From Terriglobales bacterium (GTDB taxonomy: Bacteria > Acidobacteriota > Terriglobia > Terriglobales > Acidobacteriaceae), in the NCBI GenBank assembly GCA_038229415.1, contig JBBROM010000004.1, positions 210,343 through 274,342 of the forward strand: a stretch of 64,000 nucleotides of DNA. Direction: 5' to 3'. The notes under the pieces were generated by a model. It was given only the letters and a program-made list of their open reading frames with translations, ran no database searches and had not been told where the DNA came from. Positions 45,901 to 55,768 of the stretch are shown in pieces; positions within the stretch are counted from its first letter, which is position 1, and every line of letters starts with the position of its first letter. The position numbers were made by a program, and so were the translations under genes.

Positions 45901-46176
45901 GCTTCGAAGGGCATGGCGACAATGCACGGCTGGCTGAACCAGGTGTATGGCTCGCTGGGCAGCGCTGATACCGCGCCCACTGCGCAAGCGCTGGCAATGC
46001 TGCAGGAGCTGGAGAAAGTTTCTGCCGAGCAGATCGCGCAACTTGATCCACTACGCGGCACACTTAAGGAAGTGAACGAACAGTTGCGTAGTGCGGGAAA
46101 GCCAGAGATTGCGCTGATGCGCGGCGGCGAATCGGGTGCAACACAAATTCACGGAGCGGAAAAGGCAGAGGAGTAG
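42976..46176 (+). CDS. Secreted BNR/Asp-box repeat protein (sortilin/VPS10- or GH74-like double beta-propeller)
   Basis: RBS gggaggg 8 nt upstream and a signal peptide. Asp-boxes recur: TTDAGKTW, SLDGGQTF, SDDGGETW, SDDAGESW, STDGGKTV, VNGGKTW, TRDGGHSW, TRDGGKKW, THDGGKTW. Confidence 0.85.
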   Translation: MKQFRGLVESVTAFSAVILATLSLVAFFPASSAAQDVTSLYSDMHWRMIGPFRAGRTVAGAGIPTQPCVFYVGPNNGGVWKTDDCGNTWQSVFEGNTQSVGALAIAPSNPDIIYVGSGEGLRRPDLSIGDGMYKTTDAGKTWTHLGLRDGQQIGAIIVDPKNPDRLFVAVLGHPYGPNVERGIFRSLDGGQTFTKVLYKNDILGGIDLAFDPRDSRKIYASLWASMRTPWWWGNNLEGPGSALYKSDDGGETWRELNKGFPEKHNRISITIAPSNPDRMYATVDVSDAGGVYRSDDAGESWTLVNSEERVVGRNSDFAWIRVHPKDADTIYISNTSTYKSTDGGKTVTAIKGAPGGDDYHATWINPLNPDIMLLTVDQGAVVTVNGGKTWSSWYNQPTAQIYHVATDNQFPYWVYGSQQDSGSVGTTSRSDYGGITFRDWHPIGIEEYGYVAPDPLHPDILYGGKFTKFDRRTGQVQDVSPWVIRTGKYRLNRSQPVMFNPVDPHILYFGSQVLFETRDGGHSWKEISPDLSRPEPVTPATVGPEFVNNDPLKGIHHGVIYSIAPSPKDVNLIWAGTDDGLVHVTRDGGKKWENVTPPEMTAWSKVTQMDAGHFDAKTAYISVSRFRLDDLHAYIYRTHDGGKTWQKITNGISDDAAVDAVREDPEKPGLLFAGTERAMWASFDDGDHWHSLQMNLPLTAMRDFVIHGDDIVVGTHGRSFWILDDITPLRQIKESDFSKTRLFAPQLATRIRRSTYPDTPLPPETPMGQNPPDGAVIDYFLKDGAKQVTIQIVDSEGNVARTYSSDDKPEPVNEKELNVPLYWVRYEKTLPNTVGMHRWHWDLSYARPKGLDTEYPISAIPHDTPNEPLGPSALPGQYLVRLIVDHAVMQQPLKVRMDPRVLATASDLKAMFDAQQEAATQIAKNNDTLAEVRNWKKQLRELAGVPEPLRDKAHDLADKLEKLEKGNGTREPGILASKGMATMHGWLNQVYGSLGSADTAPTAQALAMLQELEKVSAEQIAQLDPLRGTLKEVNEQLRSAGKPEIALMRGGESGATQIHGAEKAEE

Positions 46177-46181
46177 TTCGC

Positions 46182-47288
46182 ATGAAGGCTATCGCAATCA
46201 TTCCCGGCACGCAGAAACTTGAGCTGATTGATCGTCCTGAACCGAGCTTGACGCAGGACGACCACGTGAAGATGAAGGTGCTGCGCGTAGGCATCTGCGG
46301 CACCGATCGCGAAGAGGCTGCGGGCGGTCGGGCGAAGGCTCCAGACGGCGTGGAAACCCTGGTGCTGGGCCACGAAATGTTTGGGCAGGTCGTGGAAGTC
46401 GGCAAGAGCGTTACGCGGGTAAAGCCCGGCGACTTCGCCGTCTTCACCGTGCGTCGCGGTTGCCACACCTGCGTTCCTTGCGGCATGCATCGCAACGATA
46501 TGTGCACCACCGGCAATTATCACGAGCGCGGCATTTGGGGACTCGACGGCTATCAGTCAGAGTTCGCCGTGGATCAGGAGCGGTATGTGATTCCGGTGCC
46601 TACGGAACTTGCGGCGATTGGCGTGCTCGCCGAGCCGATGTCAGTTTCACAGAAGGCGATTGATGCGGCGCTCGGAACGCAACGTGGGCGTCTACCCGAT
46701 GCGGTGGCGAATCCGGATTGGCTCAACGGCAAGCGCTGCCTGGTGGCGGGGCTGGGGCCCATCGGGCTGCTGGCGGCGATTGCGCTGCGCCTGCGCGGGG
46801 CGCAGGTCTGGGGACTTGATGTGGTGGACGAAGCGACGACGCGTCCGCAGTGGCTCAAAACGATAGGCGGAGAGTACATCAACGGCATGCAGGTGAAGAC
46901 GACCGACATTGACGACACCGTCGGCGATTTCGACTTGATCTTCGAAGCGACTGGCGTGGCGTCGGTGGAGTTCAACCTGATTGACGCACTGGCGGTGAAC
47001 GGCGTGTATGTGCTCACCGGGATTCCGGGAGGCGACCGTCCGATTGAGATTGCAGGCGCGGAGCTAATGCGGCAACTGGTGCTGAAGAATCAGGCGATTG
47101 TGGGCAGCGTGAATGCGGCACCCGGACACTTCCGCATCGGCGTGGACGACTTGGGCCGCGCACAAAATAAGTGGGGCGGCGACCATGTTGCCAAGCTCAT
47201 CTCGCATCATCATCCCTACACCGATTTTCAAACCGCGTTGACAACGCACGCAGATGATGAGATCAAGGTGGTGGTGGAGTGGAGCTAG
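46182..47288 (+). CDS. Zn-dependent medium-chain dehydrogenase (glucose/threonine dehydrogenase-like)
   Basis: RBS aggag. The catalytic Zn block is GICGTD, the structural Zn cysteines are C..C..C.......C, and the NAD fold is LVAGLGPIGLLA. Confidence 0.8.
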   Translation: MKAIAIIPGTQKLELIDRPEPSLTQDDHVKMKVLRVGICGTDREEAAGGRAKAPDGVETLVLGHEMFGQVVEVGKSVTRVKPGDFAVFTVRRGCHTCVPCGMHRNDMCTTGNYHERGIWGLDGYQSEFAVDQERYVIPVPTELAAIGVLAEPMSVSQKAIDAALGTQRGRLPDAVANPDWLNGKRCLVAGLGPIGLLAAIALRLRGAQVWGLDVVDEATTRPQWLKTIGGEYINGMQVKTTDIDDTVGDFDLIFEATGVASVEFNLIDALAVNGVYVLTGIPGGDRPIEIAGAELMRQLVLKNQAIVGSVNAAPGHFRIGVDDLGRAQNKWGGDHVAKLISHHHPYTDFQTALTTHADDEIKVVVEWS

Positions 47289-47289
47289 C

Positions 47290-48417
47290 GTGAAACGACA
47301 ACACATCGAAACCATTGCTGTCCACGCTGGCGCAGAGGTGGATTTAGCCACTGGAGCCGTTGCTCCGCCGATTCATCTTTCCACCACGTTTGAGCATGGC
47401 CCGGCGTGCGAGGACCTGCATGGCTTCGCCTACATTCGCGAAAGCAATCCGACACAGACGCGACTGGAAGAAGCGATGGCGCAGCTGGAAGGCGGGGCTG
47501 CTGCCTTCGTGTTTGGATCTGGCATGGGTGCAGGAGCGTGCGTGTTGCAGGCGCTGGAGCCGGGTTCGCACGTCATCTTCCCGGACGATATGTATGTGGA
47601 CTTTCGCAATCTTAGGCAGGGGTATTTGGCGAAGTGGCGGATTGAGAGCAGCGTGGTGGATATGACGGACATAGCGAGTGTCCAAGCGGCTGTGCGTCCG
47701 AATACGGGGCTGGTGTGGACTGAGACACCCTCGAACCCACTGCTGAAAGTTACTGACCTGGGTGCGGTGTGCGACATTGCCAAGCAGGCGAGGGCGCGGG
47801 TGCTGACTGACAACACATTCGCGACGCCGATCTTGCAGCGGCCGCTCGATCTGGGCGGCGACATTGTGATGCACTCCACCACGAAGTACTGCGGCGGACA
47901 CAGCGACGTGCAAGGCGGCTGCCTTATTTTCCGCGAGAATGATTCTTTTGCGGAGCATGTGCTGCAAACGCGAAAGATTCTGGGTGCGGTGGCGTCGCCA
48001 TTCAACTCGTGGCTGGTGTTACGCGGCTTGCGCTCGTTGGCTTGCCGTGTGGAAAAGCACTCGGCGAACGCAGCGGCAGTGGCAGCGGCGCTCTCGCAAC
48101 ACAGCGCGGTAGAAGCCGTAAACTATCCCGGATTGGCATCGCATGCTGGACACGAAATTGCGGCTCGACAAATGAAGGCGTTTGGCGGAATGCTATCGTT
48201 CCTGGTGAAGGGTGGCTGGGACGAGGCCGTGGAAGTTGCCTCGCGGGTCAAGTTGTTCATCAACGCCACCAGCCTTGGCGGGCCAGAGAGCCTGATCGAG
48301 CATCGCGCTTCGAGCGAGGGCAAGGACTCCATCACGCCGAAGAATCTGCTGCGGCTTTCGGTTGGGCTGGAACACGCCGATGATCTGATCGAAGACTTGC
48401 TGCAGGCGCTGGCGTAG
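47290..48417 (+). CDS. Cys/Met-metabolism PLP-dependent enzyme (cystathionine gamma-synthase / beta-lyase family)
   Basis: The GTG at 47290 lies 2 nt after the ADH stop codon. IETIAVHAG and the PLP-lysine block MHSTTKYCGGHSDV are present. Confidence 0.85.
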   Translation: MKRQHIETIAVHAGAEVDLATGAVAPPIHLSTTFEHGPACEDLHGFAYIRESNPTQTRLEEAMAQLEGGAAAFVFGSGMGAGACVLQALEPGSHVIFPDDMYVDFRNLRQGYLAKWRIESSVVDMTDIASVQAAVRPNTGLVWTETPSNPLLKVTDLGAVCDIAKQARARVLTDNTFATPILQRPLDLGGDIVMHSTTKYCGGHSDVQGGCLIFRENDSFAEHVLQTRKILGAVASPFNSWLVLRGLRSLACRVEKHSANAAAVAAALSQHSAVEAVNYPGLASHAGHEIAARQMKAFGGMLSFLVKGGWDEAVEVASRVKLFINATSLGGPESLIEHRASSEGKDSITPKNLLRLSVGLEHADDLIEDLLQALA

Positions 48418-48450
48418 ACCAGTCGCCTGCTGAATCAAGTAATCTATTTC

Positions 48451-49671
48451 TTATTCGTAGCGCAAAGCCTCAATCGGGTCCAGCCTCGCTGCTTTCTGCG
48501 CCGGGTAGAAGCCGAAGAAGATTCCGACTGCGGCGGAAAACACCACCGCCACCACAATCGCAAGCGGTGAAATCAAAATCGCCCAGCCGAGAGTTTGTGT
48601 AATTAGGCGTGACGCACCTACCCCGAGCAAGATGCCGATGATTCCGCCTGTCAGACTGATCACGACCGCTTCAATCAAAAACTGCTTCTGCACGTCGGCC
48701 TCGGTCGCGCCCAACGCCATGCGAATGCCGATCTCGCGCGTGCGCTCCGTAACTGACACCAGCATGATATTCATGATGCCGATGCCGCCCACCAGAAGAG
48801 AAACACTGGCTACAGCCGCCAGTAGCGTGGTCATGATGCTGCCAGCCTGATCGGCGAGCGCAGCCATGTCGGCCAGGTTGCGTACCTGAAAGTCATCGTC
48901 CGAGCCGACGCGTATACGGTGACGATCGCGTAGTAAGCCCTCGATCTGCTTCTGCGCCGCATAGCTGGTGTCTTTCGAAGTAGCAGACACCACGATGAAT
49001 CGCAGCCAACTCTCGCCCGTGATCTTCTTCAGCAAGGTTGAAATTGGGATCATCACGACATCGTCCTGATCATCGCCCATAGCAGCCGACTGGCCCTTGG
49101 CATCCAGTACGCCTGTCACCTTAAAGGGCAGATTCTTAAAGCGAATGGTCTGGCCCACGGGATCGGTTGCGCCGAACAGATTTTTGCGCACAGTTTCGCC
49201 GATCACGGCCACGTTCGAGGAGGTGTCCACGTCATTTTGCGTGAACATGGCACCGCTCGCCATAGGCCACGAACGCACGTCAAGATACTGCGGCTCGGTG
49301 CCGATCACTTGTGTGGACCAGTTGTCATTGCCAAAGATGACGCTGCCGGTGCTGCGACTGCCCGGCGCGGCGGCGGCTACGCTGGGACACTCGCGCAGAA
49401 TGGCCGTCATGTCTTCATACACCAGCGTCTTGGTGGCGCCGAAGCCCATTCGCATGCCGCCCCTGGTCACCGAACCTGCGCTGACAAACAGCATGTTCGA
49501 ACCCATGGCGGCAATTTGCGACTGCACCTGCTGTTGCGCGCCCTGGCCCACGCCCACCATGGCGATGACCGCTGCGACGCCGATGATAATGCCCAGCATG
49601 GTCAGAATGGATCGCATCTTATTGCGAGCCAGAGCCCGCAATGCAACTCGGATTGTTGGCAGAGTACCCAT
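48451..49671 (-). CDS. MacB-type ABC transporter permease (FtsX-like)
   Basis: N-terminal TM helix, large periplasmic domain, and a C-terminal FtsX-type 3-TM bundle ending PIEALRYE. Confidence 0.9.
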   Translation of the reverse strand: MGTLPTIRVALRALARNKMRSILTMLGIIIGVAAVIAMVGVGQGAQQQVQSQIAAMGSNMLFVSAGSVTRGGMRMGFGATKTLVYEDMTAILRECPSVAAAAPGSRSTGSVIFGNDNWSTQVIGTEPQYLDVRSWPMASGAMFTQNDVDTSSNVAVIGETVRKNLFGATDPVGQTIRFKNLPFKVTGVLDAKGQSAAMGDDQDDVVMIPISTLLKKITGESWLRFIVVSATSKDTSYAAQKQIEGLLRDRHRIRVGSDDDFQVRNLADMAALADQAGSIMTTLLAAVASVSLLVGGIGIMNIMLVSVTERTREIGIRMALGATEADVQKQFLIEAVVISLTGGIIGILLGVGASRLITQTLGWAILISPLAIVVAVVFSAAVGIFFGFYPAQKAARLDPIEALRYE

Positions 49672-49694
49672 GCTGTTGCTCCTTCTGGCAGCGC

Positions 49695-50483
49695 TTAGTC
49701 TTCTTGTTCCGGCATATCGCGCAACACTTCCCCCGCACTGGGCGGATTAGGAAACGCCTCATCGTGGCGGATGCGACCGTCTTTGAATGTGATCTTGCGT
49801 TTGGCAAAAGAAGCCACATCTGATTCATGCGTCACCAGCACAATCGTCAAACCCTGCTCGTTGAGTTGCTGGATGATGCCCATGATCTCCACCGAGGTGC
49901 GACTGTCCAGATTGCCTGTCGGCTCATCCGCCAACAGAATCGCTGGCTTGTTCACCAGAGCGCGGGCAATGGCCACGCGCTGCTGCTGTCCGCCGGAGAG
50001 CTGCGAAGGCATATGGTCGGTGCGGTCGCCCAATCCGACCAAGGTCAGGCACTCCAGCGCACGTGCCGCGGCTTGCTTGGGTTCCATGCGCGCATAGACC
50101 GTCGGCAGTTCTACATTTTCTTGTGCGGTGGTGCGGGCCAGCAGGTTGAATCCCTGAAAGACAAACCCGATGCGGCGATTGCGAATGCCCGCCAGCTCTT
50201 TCTTGGAATAGCTGCTGACTTCGATGTCGTCGAGCCGATAGGTGCCGCTGCTGGGTTTGTCCAGGCAACCAAGGATGTTCATGAACGTAGATTTGCCGCT
50301 GCCGCTCGCGCCCATGATGGCAACGAAGTCGCCGCGCTCGATCACTACGGAGACACCACGCAAAGCATGCACGCGGGTTTCGCCGAGTTCGTAGTACTTG
50401 TGTACGTCGGTGATCTGAATCAGCCGTTGGAGGTTCGTTTCGGCGGATGGCGATTGGGCCTGCGCGTTTGACATGGTAGCCAT
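49695..50483 (-). CDS. MacB/LolD-type ABC transporter ATP-binding protein
   Basis: Walker [10 protein letters not shown], signature [15 protein letters not shown] and Walker [13 protein letters not shown]. Confidence 0.9.
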   Translation of the reverse strand: MATMSNAQAQSPSAETNLQRLIQITDVHKYYELGETRVHALRGVSVVIERGDFVAIMGASGSGKSTFMNILGCLDKPSSGTYRLDDIEVSSYSKKELAGIRNRRIGFVFQGFNLLARTTAQENVELPTVYARMEPKQAAARALECLTLVGLGDRTDHMPSQLSGGQQQRVAIARALVNKPAILLADEPTGNLDSRTSVEIMGIIQQLNEQGLTIVLVTHESDVASFAKRKITFKDGRIRHDEAFPNPPSAGEVLRDMPEQED

Positions 50484-51934
50484 TACCGTCGCGGCCCGGT
50501 CGCGCCTACGGGGTTCACGGCTCCCTTGGCCGCGGCAATTGAACCGGTCACCAAGTCATCACCTTCATTCAACTCGCCCCCGAGCACTGCCTTTACCTCA
50601 GTCAGCGTGTGATCGGTAATTCCGATGCGCAGCCGGACTGGAATCAACTCCTGTTTGGGACCGAGCTTCCAGACGATAGCTTCATCCAACTTGGGAGTTG
50701 TAGATGTGTTGCTACCTGCGGCGGCGGGTGCGCCAGCCATGCCCATATGGGCACCGTGCCTCTCGGCACCGGCAGCCGATGGAGTGCCCGATGCTGCACC
50801 CTGAACTTTGCTGGCCTGGCCCGCCGCTTGCTCCGTAGATGCTTGCGTCGTTGCCCCGTTGCCGTTTGCGTTACCGTTTCCGCTGCGCGCCACACCATAC
50901 TTGGCATACAGCGCTCGAATTTCTTCCGGCTTCATGTCTGGCTTGTAGCGCAGCGCACCATTTGGAACCCGCAGCACGTTAAGCGCATCTGCGGCTGGAA
51001 TGGAAACGTATGCCGTCATGCCAGGAAACAGACGGCCCTCTGGATTGTCGAAGTCACCGATGGTAGTGTAGGTGACCACATTCTGGACCGTCGTCGCATT
51101 CATGCGCACTTGCGAGACTTTGCCATTGAACGTCTGCTTGGGGAAGGCGTCCACATGGAACGTCGCTGCCTGACCAATCTGAATCGAACCGACATCGGAT
51201 TCGTCAGTGCTCACCCAGACTTGCATCTTGGTGAGATCTTGCGCCACCGTGAACAACGTGGGCGCCTGTAGAGACGCAGCCACCGTCTGGCCCACATCCA
51301 CATTGCGGTTGATTACGGTGCCGTCAATCGGCGTATGGATGGTGGTGTAGTTCAAGTTGGTCTGGGTCAGCGCGACGGCGGCATCTTTCTGCTGCACCTG
51401 CGCCACTGCTTGCGTAACCTGCGCCTCAGCAGCGGTTACCGAAGCGGTCGCGGAATCCGCATTCGCCTTGGCCAAGTCGAGTTGTTGCTGGCTGAACACG
51501 CCTTCCTTCGCCAAGCTGACGTTGCGGGTGTAGTCGGCTTGCGACTGCACGTTGGCGGCTTGGGCCTTTACCAGATTTGCCTTGGCAGACGCCAGATTCG
51601 CCTTCGCGTTCGCGAGATCCGCTTGTGACTGCAGCAAGTTCGCGCGGAAGAGCGCCGGGTCAATCTGCGCTACCACCTGCCCCTTGTGAACCTTGGTGTT
51701 GAAGTCGGCAAAAAGCTGGGAGATGGTGCCTGAGACCTGCGAACCGACCTGCACCGTTGTCACCGCGTTGATCTGGCCGGTTGCTTCGACGGTCTGGTGA
51801 ACATCGCCGCGCGTGAGCTTGGTGCTGAAATACTTGGCTTTGGGCGCAGAAGAAGAGAAAAAGAAGAAGTACCACACAGCCGCAGCAACCAGTGCTGCCA
51901 GGCCCAGCCACCACACAATTTTAGGAATTCGCAT
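50483..51934 (-). CDS. Efflux periplasmic adaptor subunit (MacA/HlyD family)
   Basis: N-terminal TM anchor, coiled-coil hairpin region (LLQSQADLANAKANLASAKANL...) and barrel domains. A ~70-aa Gly/Ala/Asn-rich insert lies near the C-terminus. Its stop codon overlaps the ATPase start. Confidence 0.85.
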   Translation of the reverse strand: MRIPKIVWWLGLAALVAAAVWYFFFFSSSAPKAKYFSTKLTRGDVHQTVEATGQINAVTTVQVGSQVSGTISQLFADFNTKVHKGQVVAQIDPALFRANLLQSQADLANAKANLASAKANLVKAQAANVQSQADYTRNVSLAKEGVFSQQQLDLAKANADSATASVTAAEAQVTQAVAQVQQKDAAVALTQTNLNYTTIHTPIDGTVINRNVDVGQTVAASLQAPTLFTVAQDLTKMQVWVSTDESDVGSIQIGQAATFHVDAFPKQTFNGKVSQVRMNATTVQNVVTYTTIGDFDNPEGRLFPGMTAYVSIPAADALNVLRVPNGALRYKPDMKPEEIRALYAKYGVARSGNGNANGNGATTQASTEQAAGQASKVQGAASGTPSAAGAERHGAHMGMAGAPAAAGSNTSTTPKLDEAIVWKLGPKQELIPVRLRIGITDHTLTEVKAVLGGELNEGDDLVTGSIAAAKGAVNPVGATGPRR

Positions 51935-52007
51935 GAATCATTACCCACAAGAAGTCTAACTCAGTAGGACGAAGTCAGACCTCTTACGGATGACATGTGC
52001 GAACACC

Positions 52008-54275
52008 CTAGCGATGGCGGAAGTGATAGGTGAACGACGCGCTCACATAAGACTTGAGAGGAAACCCGGTAATTCGTTCAAAGGGCTCGCCTTCTCCAGG
52101 CAAAGCAATCGTCTCCAGAGTTTGGCCGCCATAGCCGCTGACAACGAATACGTTCATTCCTAAATCAAAGCTGGCAAAGGGACGAACCAAGGCTCCCCGG
52201 AACTCGCGCACCGGCACGGCGGTGAAACCGTTACCCAGCGGCTTGCGACCCACCTCTTCATACTGGCCGCGGGCATGCAAATGAAATGGCAGCTTGTCCA
52301 CGGTTGCCAATATGTCCCAAATCTGGCGGGGCGCCTCGGGCGTGGCCTCGCCGGTAAGGCGATCCCGCGCATCGGCTTTTGAGAATAGACCTTGCACAAA
52401 TCCAAACTTGAAGTTGCGGCGGGCGGTGAAGGTCAGGGACTTGATGAGGCCCGGCCCCTCATCTTGTTGCAAACCTGTGTCATTGGAAATGCGCGCCAAC
52501 TGCTGATCTGTAGTGACATGCACCAAGGTCAGCCTTAGTTCCGTCTTCGCGATCGTCTTGGAAGCCACCAACTGATACGAGCGCGCCTTTGCGACAATCG
52601 TTCCGCCTTGAATCGCGGTCGTCCCGATACGAGGGTCATCAATGTGGAAGGCCTGTCCGTAGCTGATGGAGACACGCGGCAGAAATGACACCGCACTTGG
52701 TGGCACGAACGTGACCGTTGCCTTGGGGGAACTGATGTTGGCGGAGCGGTTGAATGAGAAGCTGGGCCGCAGCAGATCCTGGTTATCCAGATTCACCCGG
52801 TCGAACCGGTAGCCCGCGTTGTAGTGGAACACATGGCCAAGCGTGCCATCCACCGCCGCAAACGGACTGTAAAAATTGATGGTCACGTTGTTGGACGTGT
52901 CTGGAATGAAGGTGTTGAGATTCGGGTCTCCAGGAATGTTATTGGGCAATAGCGCTTTGTCCAGATTCAGCGCCCGGGGTGCTTCGCGCCGAAAGTCCAC
53001 GCCTCCCAACAGTGCAAAGGCATTGCTGATGCGATTGGTGTAAAGAGCATTCTCTGAGTTCACGTTGCGGTGTTCACTCTGGCGAATCAAGCCATCGCCA
53101 AAGTTGGGGCGGACGTCCAGCGTGTAGTAGCGGTAGAAGCCGGAAAACTGGAACTGTTGGCGGTCGTTCAAGCGCCAGATGTCGTTAGCGATGACAGCCC
53201 CGTTTGCAGTTTCCTCATGCTGGCGGACATCATAGGTGTCGTCAGGCGTAGGCCGGTCAATCGGAATCAGTCCCGGCTGAAATGCGGTGCCGTAGTAGCC
53301 GATGCCGTACACCGAAAGCTCGTGTTTGCCGAAGTCGAACACCTTCGAGATGTTGCCCTTGTACTGCTTGCGATGTTCGAGCCGTTGCAAGTATCCGTTG
53401 CCGAAAGAAATCTCTCCGCCAAGCCACGACTTGTTCGCGGGATTGGCTGGACTCCATCCGCCTACCAGATTCAGGTCGCGATAATCGCCGGTTAGGCGAA
53501 GCTGCGGCTCGATGCGGTCCCGCATGCCAAACGTGATGGCCTGATTCACCGAGTTGTTCCCTTCCCGCACGTTGAACGCCGCGCCATCGGTCTGCACGCT
53601 TTCAATCGCAATCGGAATGATGACGTTGGGGTCGGCATAGCCGTTGCCGTGCGCGTTGGCGGGCAGATTGTTGGGGAAGAGGTAGCCACCCACTTGGAAG
53701 AACATGGCAATCGGCTCGCCGTGGTCGCCAGCCACGCCGGGCGCAAAGTATTGTGGAGGCTTTACGCCGCCAGCCGGAGATTCCACGGGCAGGCCTGGAA
53801 TGGAAATAGGGATGCCCGGCCGGCCCGGATTGGCGTCAAGTGTCTCGTCGCGGATCATGACGCGCTGCGCCGGATCAGGGTCGAAAACACCTACGTCATT
53901 CACGGAAGCGGCGACATCCACCGACTCGGCTTGTGCAGTCAATCCAGCAAATTGCAGGGGTTGGCTTTGGGGGCCGGTGCCAGCCACCACAATCGTGCGG
54001 CTCAACTGCGCGAATCCCGGAGCCTCTGCCGTCAGGCGATACTCGCCGGCATCGAGCGCGGGGAACGAGTAGCCTCCGACGGCGTCCGAAACAGCCTGGC
54101 GCCGCGAGTTGTCGGCGCGGCGCAGCAGGCTCACGGTAGCACCGGGCACCGTGGCACCCTGCGGATCGGTCACAGTGCCCGCAAGCCCGGTCGCTGATGG
54201 ATCCGCAAAAACTGTCAGCGTTCCGGCGAACAGAACTGCTATGAGCCACACTCGACTTGTAAAACTTTGCCCCAT
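52008..54275 (-). CDS. Outer-membrane beta-barrel protein with an N-terminal carboxypeptidase-regulatory-like domain (TonB-dependent-receptor-like)
   Basis: A signal peptide starts at the Met at 54275. The CarboxypepD_reg block is GTVTDPQGATVPGATVSLL...GGYSFPALDAGEYRLTAEAPGF. A long region of alternating beta-strand pattern follows. Confidence 0.75.
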   Translation of the reverse strand: MGQSFTSRVWLIAVLFAGTLTVFADPSATGLAGTVTDPQGATVPGATVSLLRRADNSRRQAVSDAVGGYSFPALDAGEYRLTAEAPGFAQLSRTIVVAGTGPQSQPLQFAGLTAQAESVDVAASVNDVGVFDPDPAQRVMIRDETLDANPGRPGIPISIPGLPVESPAGGVKPPQYFAPGVAGDHGEPIAMFFQVGGYLFPNNLPANAHGNGYADPNVIIPIAIESVQTDGAAFNVREGNNSVNQAITFGMRDRIEPQLRLTGDYRDLNLVGGWSPANPANKSWLGGEISFGNGYLQRLEHRKQYKGNISKVFDFGKHELSVYGIGYYGTAFQPGLIPIDRPTPDDTYDVRQHEETANGAVIANDIWRLNDRQQFQFSGFYRYYTLDVRPNFGDGLIRQSEHRNVNSENALYTNRISNAFALLGGVDFRREAPRALNLDKALLPNNIPGDPNLNTFIPDTSNNVTINFYSPFAAVDGTLGHVFHYNAGYRFDRVNLDNQDLLRPSFSFNRSANISSPKATVTFVPPSAVSFLPRVSISYGQAFHIDDPRIGTTAIQGGTIVAKARSYQLVASKTIAKTELRLTLVHVTTDQQLARISNDTGLQQDEGPGLIKSLTFTARRNFKFGFVQGLFSKADARDRLTGEATPEAPRQIWDILATVDKLPFHLHARGQYEEVGRKPLGNGFTAVPVREFRGALVRPFASFDLGMNVFVVSGYGGQTLETIALPGEGEPFERITGFPLKSYVSASFTYHFRHR

Positions 54276-54409
54276 GATGGTAACGCGAAGGATCAAGCTA
54301 ATAATCGGATTGTAACGCCGAGGTTGGGCTCAGCAAGAGACAGCGACGGCAGTATGCGGAATTTACGTGGTCGCTGCACTGCTGCAGGTGCAGCGACCTT
54401 ACCAACAGA

Positions 54410-55663
54410 CTAGGATTGGCCGCCCACCGCTAGCTTCGCTTGCCCGTTTGTGTTGACGTCGGCTTTGGCATCGCCGAGCTTGGCACCCATTTCGGCGGCA
54501 TGCGCCAGGACGCCCGGATCCTTGCTGCCAAACTGCAGCGCCGCATCCAACTGTTTGCGCGCTTCGTCTTTGCGGCCGTTGCGGTAGAGTGCCCAGGCGT
54601 AAGCGTCGAGAGTCGTAACGTCATGCCGGATTGCCATCTCCCGCTGCGCCAGAGCGAGTGCTTCCTTGGGACGGGCCGCGTAGTCTGCATAATAAGCGAT
54701 CAGTTCGCGGTTATAGTTGAGCGGATCGTGCGTCGCGGCTAGGGCTTGCTTCTCAAAATCTGCGAACGACTTTTGACTCTCGTCTTTGAGGCCGGCGGAC
54801 TTCAGTGCAACGGCGAGCTGGTAGAGGTTACCCGCATTGGGAACCTGGAGATTTAACTGCCTCAGCAACGCGACGGCTTCTTGCGGATGTGCTTGCTGGA
54901 GTCGAGTCTGGGCCAGCTCCGCGAGAGCGAGGTGATAGTTGGGGAACGACTTGAGCGCGGCCTCAGCCAGCTGCGAGGCTTCCGGCAGCTTACCTTGCTC
55001 GCGATTCAAGCGTGCGAGCTGCGTGAGCAACCAGGCGCGCTCTTCCGTCTCGGCGAGCGGGGTTCCCTGCACCGTCGTCGTTAGCAGATCCACCGCGCCG
55101 GGCAACAGGCCAAACGTCTCGCGCAAAGCTGCGGCGCGAATTAGCGCCGGTGTATTGCCGGGACGCAGTCGGAACATCCAGTTTGCAGCCTTTTCGGCTT
55201 CCTCATAGTTGCCCAATGCGGAGTTGCCCTCCACCAGATAGCCATAGACCGAGACATCATCGGGCACGCGTTTGTTAAGGGCGTTGGCTGCCGCTACTGC
55301 GCCAGCATACTCATGGCGTGCCAGCAGGATCGCTACCGCTGCCTTGTTCGAGCTGAAATTCGTAGGTGTCTGCGCAAGCGCCTGCTTCACCGTTTCATCC
55401 GCTGCTGCGACAAACATGGGGTCGCCAGTTTCGCGAGCTCGACGCAACTGCGCCAGAGCGAGCCGGGCGCGCTCATCCGCAAGGGTTGGGTTCGCATCTA
55501 CACCGGTTTGCGCGTGTTCCATCGCCAACTGCGCGGGGGTTTTTGCATTGGGGGCGGCGACGATCGCCAAACTACTGGCCGTCTGCGCAAAGGCGCAACA
55601 CCCTGCAAGCACTAGAGTGGAGAGTACCGTTGTGAACTGCTTGATCGCGATTGTCATCATCAT
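54410..55663 (-). CDS. Secreted tetratricopeptide-repeat protein
   Basis: The MMM start cluster near 55663 gives a signal peptide (TIAIKQFTTVLSTLVLAGCCAFAQ). The rest is repeated Ala/Leu-rich TPR-like helices. Confidence 0.75.
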   Translation of the reverse strand: MMMTIAIKQFTTVLSTLVLAGCCAFAQTASSLAIVAAPNAKTPAQLAMEHAQTGVDANPTLADERARLALAQLRRARETGDPMFVAAADETVKQALAQTPTNFSSNKAAVAILLARHEYAGAVAAANALNKRVPDDVSVYGYLVEGNSALGNYEEAEKAANWMFRLRPGNTPALIRAAALRETFGLLPGAVDLLTTTVQGTPLAETEERAWLLTQLARLNREQGKLPEASQLAEAALKSFPNYHLALAELAQTRLQQAHPQEAVALLRQLNLQVPNAGNLYQLAVALKSAGLKDESQKSFADFEKQALAATHDPLNYNRELIAYYADYAARPKEALALAQREMAIRHDVTTLDAYAWALYRNGRKDEARKQLDAALQFGSKDPGVLAHAAEMGAKLGDAKADVNTNGQAKLAVGGQS

Positions 55664-55768
55664 CCCCTTACCACATGGTTCATTGAAGTGAATTTCAGCA
55701 GACTGAAGCGAAGTGGAAAAAGCACCCGTGCCGTCCCGCAAAAATAGCGAGACGGCACGAGTGGAAAA